Shown here: positions 51,783 to 64,000 of the stretch, in pieces
How the letters are laid out: the number at the start of each line of letters is the position of its first letter
Position numbering within the stretch: the stretch's first letter is position 1
Assembly (NCBI GenBank): GCA_965644295.1
Contig: CBFFRP010000207.1
Location: 1 to 64,000 of the forward strand
Length of the DNA stretch: 64,000 nucleotides
Source: Paraphysomonas bandaiensis
Lineage: Eukaryota > Protista > Chrysophyceae
Reading direction: 5' to 3'
Program-made: the position numbers and the translations under genes
Notes under the pieces: generated by a model
What the model was told of the DNA's origin: nothing
The model's input: only the letters and a program-made list of their open reading frames with translations
Databases searched by the model: none

Positions 51783-52100
51783 TATGTATGTATATGTATG
51801 TATATGTATATGTATGTATGTATGTATATGAATATGTATGTATATGTATGTATATGTATATGTATGTATGTATGTATATGAATATGTATGTATATGTATG
51901 TATATGTATGTATATGTATATGTATGTATATGTATGTATATGTATGTATATGTATATGTATGTATGTATATGTATGTATGTATATGTATGTATATGTATG
52001 TATATGTATGTATATGTATGTATATGTATATGTATGTATATGTATGTATATGTATGTATATGTATATGTATGTATATGTATATGTATGTATATGTATATG
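51471..52100 (+). repeat. Compound (TATG)n/(TATATG)n microsatellite, ~630 bp
   Basis: Directly visible. Confidence 0.98.
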
Positions 52101-52225
52101 ATGGTGCACCAGCCGCAGTATGTATTGGCAGCACGCCGCTTGATAGACTATTAACAGACACACCAGACAGATAGACAGACAGAGAGAGACTGTCAGATCA
52201 CCGAAGAGGAAATATTTCAAGCAAC

Positions 52226-53761
<1,536 letters not shown>

Positions 53762-54237
53762 GTGTAGATGTTTTATTGCACTGTGCCAGTTTAACTCGGC
53801 CTTGATTCTAACATAGTAGGTAGATCACAAATTGACTTGTGGAGTTATTACATGTTCTAATCAATTCAAAATCTTTTTAAGCTGTGAAAGCTATTCGTCC
53901 CACATTTGCATCCCATTTGGCTTCATGCGCATTTGTTGACCATAGAAATCAAATGTGAAATCGTGTTACTTCTCACTTCATTCTAGAAACCAAAATTTTA
54001 TTCGTGGTACATATGTATCATTTCTATAGAGAATAATAGAATATGCTGATGATATGGCCAGCTCTAATTCGTTTCGCTAAAATTTGCCCATATTTGAAAT
54101 ATTCCACATTCAACTTGTTTTTCATAATTTGCAATGACGGATCTATTTACTTTATCGACACACCAACTGCCATATGACAAAAACTATTACTAAGTACTAC
54201 AACAAATCAGCACAGTTATTTTAAATTACAACACTCA

Positions 54238-55295
54238 CTATGTCGCTGATGTTATATCTGGGTAGCTACGTCTATAAGCTCGGTATAAGTGTTCCCCATA
54301 TATATAAACGGGATCTTTATTTTCATGCATCAAAGCAAGAGGATTGCCAGCTGCATCAGACAATTTGCTCTCCAAGTCGGGTTCAAAAAAAAATGGAATA
54401 GAGTAACGTGATCGTTCACACTCAGGGTTCAATACTCGGTGAGGTGTGGCTCGAAAAACATCGCACGACCACGCCTGCAAAGCATCTCCAATATTCACTG
54501 CAAATGTATTCTTAAGTGGTGGTACTGATATCCATTCTCCACTTCGGGTCTGCGCCTCGAGGCCTGCCACGCCATCGTCCTGTAGAATCATAGTAAGGAA
54601 TCCGTAGTCTGTGTGTGGACCTATTCCCTGCTGTTTTTCTCGAGTAGGTGGGTACTTTATAAATCGAACGATGGAGAATGGGTGTTCGAAATACGGAGCC
54701 AGTTCTTTGGGGTCACGGTCAAGAATAAGGGCCGCATTATTCATGATTATTCTTCCGACTTTACACATTTCAAATATATACTGATTCAAAAAAGAACGGA
54801 ACTGTACTTGGTTACGAGATGGCCATTGATTTGGGCCACGTAACGACTTCCAGCCTTTAGTGTCAGTTGCAGTTTCATCCAAACCAAAGTCAAACTACAA
54901 CACTCTATTTAAACAAAGAAATAAGTAATATTTTATAAACTTACGGTTTCCTTAAAGTCTGGCATCCCAAGAGTAAACTCCTCATTGACTGAACTCCATC
55001 CTCTGAAGTGTTGTGATTTGGATAAATGGATCTCACGCTTCTCCTCTACAGTCATATCGAATGAACTCCTCACACACTGATGAGCCTCTGCTATCATACT
55101 ATCAGAGAGACAGTCTGATATGTAGAAGAAGCCCACATCTGTTAAGGCGATCCGCAGCTTCTCTCTTTCTTTAGAACAGTTATTCTTTAGCCTGTGAATG
55201 CTTACAGTCTGCAGAGTGGATATGTATGTATGTCTGTATGAGGGTTTGCTGTTAATTATATGGGAAGATAATAGAGATGAAACCACTCGAGACAT
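54238..55295 (-). CDS. 2-oxoglutarate/Fe(II)-dependent dioxygenase, IPNS-like
   Basis: DVGFFYI, GPNQWP, HTDYGFLT (HxD), VNIGD, ATPHRV, RYSIPFF; intron 54895-54944. Confidence 0.92.
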
Positions 55296-55660
55296 GGAAG
55301 GAGAGAGCGGGGGTGACGCCTGTGTCTTTAGAGTAACGATAGACCCACAGTGATGATACTGTTATGGACTATATGATGATGCTCTTCTGTAATCTTCTCA
55401 GTGATGTACTGCTGTATATATATATCTGTACAAGTACATACAGCAGTACATTATTGATACGGCTGTGCAGTACGAAGTGTGTTTCTGTATTAAAACTGTG
55501 GATTTTCTATTCAAGAACCCTCATTTTATGGTCAGTAGTACATAAAACATCAGCAGCAATAAACTGCAATCATGATGCCATATATACATACAGACACTGC
55601 CGTCTGCTCATATATACTCTACATTCAACCCCATATTTACTCATACACAAGCAACTAACC

Positions 55661-56775
55661 ATGACCCATCTCCTGTCCCTCATCCCATACCTCTCTCTAT
55701 GTCTCCTCTATCAGGTTCAGTCCCATAACTATACTATGGATATATCTCTACAGGGAAACAGTTTCTTCGATGGGTTTATATTCGAGACTATAGACGACCC
55801 CACTCACGGTAACACTACACTACATCCATCGCTTGACCCCTCCCTCACCCCTATACAGGCTATGTCGACTATGTGGATGCCGAGTATGCATATGGGAATG
55901 GTTTGGCGTATGTTACTACTGATGAGAAGGTGTTCATAGGAGCAGACAGCATTAATGTCGTCGGCGACTATGACAGAGGAAGAAAATCTATTCGACTAAA
56001 ATCAAAACAAGCTTACAATGGAAATAATTTGATTGTCATTGACTTGGATCACATGCCCACCACGAATGGGTATCTGCCGGCAGGTTGCTCTGCATGGCCA
56101 GCTTTCTGGTATAATAATTCCGTTCGACGAGAATGTATTTAACATGGTTATGTAATATATAGGTTGTTTGGTCCTGACTGGCCATATAATGGCGAAATTG
56201 ATGTTATTGAATACCAGAATTCTGACTCAATTGTCTCTACCACACTGCATACAAATGATGGGTGCGACCAGTCTGGTGAGGACACCTCCACTTTCACTGG
56301 ACACTGGGGTACGGGAAGTCAAGGAAACCCGTCAGATAACTGTGATGTTAATGCATGGGACCAATGGACAAATGAGGGATGCGGTATTATTGGTGACTCC
56401 CAGCCTGTTGGACAAAGTTTCAATGACCAAGGTGGTGGAGTGTATGCAACCGAATGGGTTGTGGATGAATACATACGGGTATTCTACTTTCCACACGGCT
56501 ACGTACCCGAAGACCTAGCAAGTCGTACGAATCCTAACCCAGATACATGGGGAACTCCCTACGCCCGCTTCGAACTAGGAGACAATTGCCCGTCGAGCCA
56601 TTTTATTGACAATCAGATAGTATTTGATATTACTTTTTGTGGTGACTGGGCAGGCGCGACTTTTCCAGATATGTGTTCTTATGATGTTTCCTGCACAGAC
56701 TATGTGAAGTACAATCCCGATACCTTCAAAGAATCGTACTGGTTAGTTAATTATGTGGATGTATATTCGAGCTAG
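55661..56775 (+). CDS. Secreted GH16 endo-1,3(4)-beta-glucanase
   Basis: Signal peptide, DDPTHG.VDY, GRKSIRL, WPAFW, WPYNGEIDVIE (ExDxxE), ITFCGDWAG. Confidence 0.93.
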
Positions 56776-57406
56776 ATATTCTACCCTACTATTCTAGCCA
56801 CTTATTATGTGCTACCTCTCACAGCATCGTGACTTGTTCACAATTAACCGAGCATAAGTATATGCTAGTCATGGTGTGAGATTGGTTAACTATGTACTAT
56901 GTATCACTGGTTTGTGACAACTATAATTGTGTTTGCCTGACTGAATTTCTTTGTAATAAACAATAATTATTCTGCTATGTATAGTATTTTGAAGCATCAT
57001 AGGTGTTAGATTCTGTCATAAATTTGTCAATGATCTGTAAATATTACTGTTGTTAGGATCAGATCTGATAACGGTTGAATTTATTACTAGAAACAATAGT
57101 AACGACTGGACCATATGTTAAGATTTGAATTGGCTTTAGGGTCAAATGCGAATGGTAGTTTGTATTCTTTGTAGTGTATATCACAGTTCAATAGATATAA
57201 CCTATAATCATTATAATGTAGTAAGGTTCACGCTTCTTCGTGCATACAATGTTATAATTTCTGTGTTTGTTTTTCGCATGCAGAGGATACATATTTATTA
57301 CTTGCCTACTCCACACAAGCAATAAGTGAAACGCATACAATCCGCACAAATGGCACAGTTAGAGTGCTGGTTGTTAGTACGGTAGAAAACGCATCATAGC
57401 CCTAAT

Positions 57407-59169
57407 TTATGGAAACACTTTCGACACTACGTGCTTAACGAAATCACTTTCGACGGTCATTTCAGCTAATATAGATTCCAGAGCCTGTCCATTCATAGCA
57501 TCTTCCGCATCCAAGATTTCAAGGTACTTCTGAGAGAATGTATCCAACACCTCCACAGTTTTCGAATCATCAATGACAACCTCACCTGCTTCATTAAGCG
57601 ACAGGTATCCATGCCTGTTGTACACACCATATGCATAAATCTGAAAGATGATGTACGGTCGCAGCGGCTCGGACTTAAACTTCGCGAAGTACCTGAGGGC
57701 ATCCAATGCAAAATGGGCGAGGCATTCCTTGAGGTGTGGAAGAGTGAGGACATTCTTCGTATACAGCAGACGCAGAGTAAACATTGCTGTCAACTCAGCT
57801 CGCGGTTCTTCAAGCAGAGTCACAACAGACGGGCTACCCAGAGATTCCTCGACCGTCTCCAAGTTATATATGGCATGCCCGACTTCATGGGCAGCAACAT
57901 GCCACACTAGCTGCTCAACCGCATCCGGCTTGTATTTAGCAACCACCTAGGCAACAAAAAACGATAATTAACATGCTACCAAAACAATAAAGGTATATTT
58001 TGACAATAAAATAGACGTAAAATAATTTTTGAAAGTCAGGACAATCTGTGGGCCTACAAACAACATACCGCATTCGGGTCATGGAAGACTTTTTGGATGT
58101 ATAAGAGGTTCTGGTTGACTCTAGCTTCGGTCTCCACTGCATCAAAATAAATCTTGACCCCTTTCTCGACCTTAACATCCACTCGGTTGGGGATAGACTG
58201 GCCAGAAAATGAGAACTGTAACGAAATTCCAGTCTTGAATGGGATGTAGTAAATGCCAGCCATGGTGTTACCCAATGCTGTCAGTCCTTCTCTTGATATT
58301 TGCGTGTCACGTCCTCTAAAGTACTCCATCATGTGATTCTGAATGTCTCGAATAGTTGCATTCTCGGAAGCATAAGTGTCATCCAGAAATCGGAGAGAAA
58401 AATCAGGAGTAGCCTTCCGTCGCAGAGGATCTCCGTACCCAGTCTCAATATCATGAACCACTTGAATATTACCTTTCGTGTCCATCCACTTTCGGTCGAG
58501 GTCTGCCCATAGCTTCTCGAGAGTAGGGGCATCCCCGTCAGAAGAATGACACAGGCGATAATGCTCAAAGAATTCGATGTACTTTTGCTCGTCAGCAGAA
58601 ACATTAGGCAAAGCTTTCATTTGCTCAATCATCTCATCCATTGCACCCAAAATAGGCAGCAAAGAATTTTCAAAATGCTTCGCAAATGAAGTTGTATAGT
58701 AGCCATCCGTATCGTTGTGCAACACAATCGTGTAGTGGGAGTAGCAGGCCTTGTCCGTAGGTGGTGATGCAGCAATCTTTGCTGTAATAGAAGGCTCTTG
58801 CACAGATTGCAAGTAGGCAATATAGTATGCATCATACAATCCAGATATCTTAGCACAGCCGACAATCATAGTCCTCTCAAAGGCACTGAATCCGGTGTCA
58901 TCTCCCATCTCGTTCATCACTGATACAGTGAGATCTCTGCACAGCTGCATGCGATGCATCTTCGCACGAATCACTGTATACCATTCATCAGAAAACTCTT
59001 CAATTCCCGCTAGATTTGATTCGAAGACAACTCTTTCGATCTTTGATCTGACGTGAGAGTCTCTCTCGGAGAGATAATTCGCTGTGAACTCATCTTTAGT
59101 TAATGCATCTATTTGCTTTAGAAGAGCCACTCGGCGAAGACCGTTGAGAGAAGAAGTGGAGGGGGACAT
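57407..59169 (-). CDS. Zincin-type metalloprotein, CiaB/peptidase M49-like
   Basis: Two exons (intron 57947-58068); HEVGH...LEEPRAE metal-binding pattern; WADLDRKWM..IQVVHDIE..DPLRRKA; GQSIPN....EKGVKI. Confidence 0.7.
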
Positions 59170-59245
59170 GATGTGCTGTACTGTGTTTTGGATACCACGA
59201 CACTGATAATAACAATCTAACAATATAGACATACACACACAGAGC

Positions 59246-59802
59246 ATATACATACATACTACATACATACATACATACTACATACATACATACATACATA
59301 CATACATACATACATACATACATACATACATACATACATACATACATACATACATACATACATACATACATACATACATACATACATACATACATACATA
59401 CATACATACATACATACATACATACATACATACATACATACATACATACATACATACATACATACATACATACATACATACATACATACATACATACATA
59501 CATACATACATACATACATACATACATACATACATACATACATACATACATACATACATACATACATACATACATACATACATACATACATACATACATA
59601 CATACATACATACATACATACATACATACATACATACATACATACATACATACATACATACATACATACATACATACATACATACATACATACATACATA
59701 CATACATACATACATACATACATACATACATACATACATACATACATACATACATACATACATACATACATACATACATACATACATACATACATACATA
59801 CA

Positions 59803-59831
<29 letters not shown>
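59246..59831 (+). repeat. Near-perfect (CATA)n microsatellite, ~585 bp
   Basis: Directly visible. Confidence 0.98.
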
Positions 59832-59833
<2 letters not shown>

Positions 59834-60082
59834 CGTAGCGTATTTTGCGAACGTATGCAGGGGGCTGATCACATTTCCCCTACACTGTATTCCTAAAGTG
59901 TGACTCAGTTGCTCTCATAATATGCAGCTAATTATTGGGCTGAGTGTATGGTAATGTAGGCTTCATTATTGTTACTTTGCTATGACATTCGAATCAGATT
60001 TATCAAGTTGTGTGTTTGATCGATATCACTACAAGCAAACTAGCTACAGCATAGGGAGCGACAGTAGGTGATGGATACCTTC

Positions 60083-60647
60083 CTATTTCGACTTGCCTCT
60101 GCGCTCGTATTCTGTGTCCTGTAAAGACTCAGAGGTGATCAGAGGTTCCACCGTAGATGCAGCAAAGGCAGTAAAGGGGACAGTGAGGGAAGCGTACTCA
60201 TTGGCTGCAGGGCATTTCACATACCGGTATCCAATGTCCATGTTCTTCCAGTATTTCACCTTCTGCTCCTCTGGATGAATGACCTGGTCGCACCGCGTGC
60301 AAATGAGGTTTGAAGGCTCGGGCAGGTATTTCTTGTGACAGCAGAGATGTAGCATCTTCTTGCTCTTGAAATGCATTGTTATTAGATGGCCCTCTTGAAC
60401 CTTTTTACGGCAGGCATAGGTACGAACTGGTATTTGGCCAAGTGGACTACCCACCACTTGCACTCTTCTCTGTTGCTGGAACACAAACGTTCGACCTGTC
60501 TACGACATCTGTCATCCCGAATGCACTCCTCGTGTAGAGGACAGTCAGAATCAATACTGAACTGCTTAAATCCCAGTGTAGACACCTCAGCACTATTTGG
60601 TAGAAGCCTACGAATACCCCGTCCTGTTTCCTACAGGCCATTCCATG
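60083..60647 (-). pseudogene. Cys/His-rich (zinc-finger-like) coding remnant with a frameshift at ~60420
   Basis: Joining frames gives HLAKYQFV/xYACRKKVQEGHLITMHFKSKKMLHLCC...ICTRCDQVIHPEEQKVKYWKNMDIGYRYVKC. Confidence 0.4.
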
Positions 60648-60801
60648 GATAACACTCTAGTAGCTATTACATACTTGTAGCTGTCTAGACTTATCCACAT
60701 TGAAACATTTAATCCTTTAAATTTAAATTTCAAGCTCTAAATAAGATTTTTATCTTTTACGAGACATAATAACTCTATGCCAACATACATACATAAATAC
60801 A

Positions 60802-63800
60802 TCATCCACGTAATGAAATTGTGTAGGATGTGTTGTTGTATGGTGTGAGGTAATAAATATGTTCCACTGCGACTTCATATGGCATGGCTGCGGCTATCTA
60901 AAGTGCAATAACATCAGCCACACCGCAGGGGTTCATCCTGTGCAGGTATATTGGCGCCCTTCAGCACACGCTAATAGCATTGATTCGCTATAGGTGCGAC
61001 TCTAAACAGGACGCCGACGTGTGTATATGTGTACAATCGAAGTGGGTGTAACACAAGAATATGCTTACCTTGCCATATCCAATAATGGAGCCGTATGAGT
61101 AACACATCCCACCCATCAGCATATCTACCAATACAATAGTAAGAATAGTTGTCATCCACGTAATGAAATTGTGTAGGATGTGTTGTTGTATGGTGTGAGG
61201 TAATAAATATGTTCCACTGCGACTTCATATGGCATGGCTGCGGCTATCTAAAGTGCAATAATATCAGCCACACCGCAGGGGTTCATCCTGTGCAGGTATA
61301 TTGGCGCCCTTCAGCACACGCTAATAGCATTGATTCGCTATAGGTGCGACTCTAAACAGGACGCCGACGTGTGTATATGTGTACAATCGAAGTGGGTGTA
61401 ACACAAGAATATGCTTACCTTGCCATATCCAATAATGGAGCCGTATGAGTAACACATCCCACCCATCAGCATATCTACCAATACAATAGTAAGAATAGTT
61501 GTCATCCACGTAATGAAATTGTGTAGGATGTGCTGTTGTATGGTGTGAGGTAATAAATATGTTCCACTGCGACTTCATATGGCATGGCTGCGGCTATCTA
61601 AAGTGCAATAACATCAGCCACACCGCAGGGGTTCATCCTGTGCAGGTATATTGGCGCCCTTCAGCACACGCTAATAGCATTGATTCGCTATAGGTGCGAC
61701 TCTAAACAGGACGCCGACGTGTGTATATGTGTACAATCGAAGTGGGTGTAACACAAGAATATGCTTACCTTGCCATATCCAATAATGGAGCCGTATGAGT
61801 AACACATCCCACCCATCAGCATATCTACCAATACAATAGTAAGAATAGTTGTCATCCACGTAATGAAATTGTGTAGGATGTGTTGTTGTATGGTGTGAGG
61901 TAATAAATATGTTCCACTGCGACTTCATATGGCATGGCTGCGGCTATCTAAAGTGCAATAACATCAGCCACACCGCAGGGGTTCATCCTGTGCAGGTATA
62001 TTGGCGCCCTTCAGCACACGCTAATAGCATTGATTCGCTATAGGTGCGACTCTAAACAGGACGCCGACGTGTGTATATGTCTACAATCGAAGTGGGTGTA
62101 ACACAAGAATATGCTTACCTTGCCATATCCAATAATGGAGCCGTATGAGTAACACATCCCACCCATCAGCATATCTACCAATACAATAGTAAGAATAGTT
62201 GTCATCCACGTAATGAAATTGTGTAGGATGTGCTGTTGTATGGTGTGAGGTAATAAATATGTTCCACTGCGACTTCATATGGCATGGCTGCGGCTATCTA
62301 AAGTGCAATAACATCAGCCACACCGCAGGGGTTCATCCTGTGCAGGTATATTGGCGCCCTTCAGCACACGCTAATAGCATTGATTCGCTATAGGTGCGAC
62401 TCTAAACAGGACGCCGACGTGTGTATATGTCTACAATCGAAGTGGGTGTAACACAAGAATATGCTTACCTTGCCATATCCAATAATGGAGCCGTATGAGT
62501 AACACATCCCACCCATCAGCATATCTACCAATACAATAGTAAGAATAGTTGTCATCCACGTAATGAAATTGTGTAGGATGTGCTGTTGTATGGTGTGAGG
62601 TAATAAATATGTTCCACTGCGACTTCATATGGCATGGCTGCGGCTATCTAAAGTGCAATAACATCAGCCACACCGCAGGGGTTCATCCTGTGCAGGTATA
62701 TTGGCGCCCTTCAGCACACGCTAATAGCATTGATTCGCTATAGGTGCGACTCTAAACAGGACGCCGACGTGTGTATATGTCTACAATCGAAGTGGGTGTA
62801 ACACAAGAATATGCTTACCTTGCCATATCCAATAATGGAGCCGTATGAGTAACACATCCCACCCATCAGCATATCTACCAATACAATAGTAAGAATAGTT
62901 GTCATCCACGTAATGAAATTGTGTAGGATGTGCTGTTGTATGGTGTGAGGTAATAAATATGTTCCACTGCGACTTCATATGGCATGGCTGCGGCTATCTA
63001 AAGTGCAATAACATCAGCCACACCGCAGGGGTTCATCCTGTGCAGGTATATTGGCGCCCTTCAGCACACGCTAATAGCATTGATTCGCTATAGGTGCGAC
63101 TCTAAACAGGACGCCGACGTGTGTATATGTCTACAATCGAAGTGGGTGTAACACAAGAATATGCTTACCTTGCCATATCCAATAATGGAGCCGTATGAGT
63201 AACACATCCCACCCATCAGCATATCTACCAATACAATAGTAAGAATAGTTGTCATCCACGTAATGAAATTGTGTAGGATGTGCTGTTGTATGGTGTGAGG
63301 TAATAAATATGTTCCACTGCGACTTCATATGGCATGGCTGCGGCTATCTAAAGTGCAATAACATCAGCCACACCGCAGGGGTTCATCCTGTGCAGGTATA
63401 TTGGCGCCCTTCAGCACACGCTAATAGCATTGATTCGCTATAGGTGCGACTCTAAACAGGACGCCGACGTGTGTATATGTGTACAATCGAAGTGGGTGTA
63501 ACACAAGAATATGCTTACCTTGCCATATCCAATAATGGAGCCGTATGAGTAACACATCCCACCCATCAGCATATCTACCAATACAATAGTAAGAATAGTT
63601 GTCATCCACGTAATGAAATTGTGTAGGATGTGCTGTTGTATGGTGTGAGGTAATAAATATGTTCCACTGCGACTTCATATGGCATGGCTGCGGCTATCTA
63701 AAGTGCAATAACATCAGCCACACCGCAGGGGTTCATCCTGTGCAGGTATATTGGCGCCCTTCAGCACACGCTAATAGCATTGATTCGCTATAGGTGCGAC

Positions 63801-64000
63801 TCTAAACAGGACGCCGACGTGTGTATATGTGTACAATCGAAGTGGGTGTAACACAAGAATATGCTTACCTTGCCATATCCAATAATGGAGCCGTATGAGT
63901 AACACATCCCACCCATCAGCATATCTACCAATACAATAGTAAGAATAGTTGTCATCCACGTAATGAAATTGTGTAGGATGTGTTGTTGTATGGTGTGAGG
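60802..64000. repeat. 350-bp tandem satellite, at least 9.1 near-identical units, continues past the window edge
   Basis: Exact 350-bp periodicity; only about 3 variable positions seen among units. Confidence 0.98.

Noticed and set aside
60971-63959. Repeated 65-85-aa MKSQWNIF ORFs; CRISPR-like or U1 snRNA interpretation (ATGCTTACCTTGC)
   Set aside because: A SNP toggles a stop in these ORFs; units have no variable spacers; the U1-like 5' motif is just the reverse complement of a splice donor, and the ATTGCAC motif lies on the opposite strand.

Overview
Eukaryotic, intron-rich genomic DNA (short GT-AG introns); the gene content suggests a stramenopile/chrysophyte-like protist (inference). 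The left ~7.7 kb is an apparently intact minus-strand Ty3/Gypsy-type LTR retrotransposon that runs off the window. Its pol frame, missed by the ORF track because it has no stop inside the window, reads RT - RNase H - a complete SET (protein-lysine methyltransferase) domain - unknown domain - integrase zinc-binding domain. A single in-frame TGA separates it from gag-protease. The rest holds about 17 host genes (PDCD4-like MA3, SFT2, subtilisin, coiled-coil protein, class II PRPP synthetase, ankyrin-IRAK-like kinase-RBR-like fusion, DUF4286-like/PhnB fusion, ZIP4/TEX11-like, RUVBL2, 2OG-Fe(II) oxygenase, GH16 glucanase, CiaB/M49-like zincin and others). They are interspersed with a MITE, a 2.76-kb TIR element inside a TATG microsatellite, a decayed Crypton tyrosine recombinase, a three-copy dispersed hairpin repeat, two ~600-bp TATG/TACA microsatellites, a ~165-bp minisatellite and a 350-bp satellite running to the right edge. 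All domain calls are from manual translation and motif recognition, not database searches.
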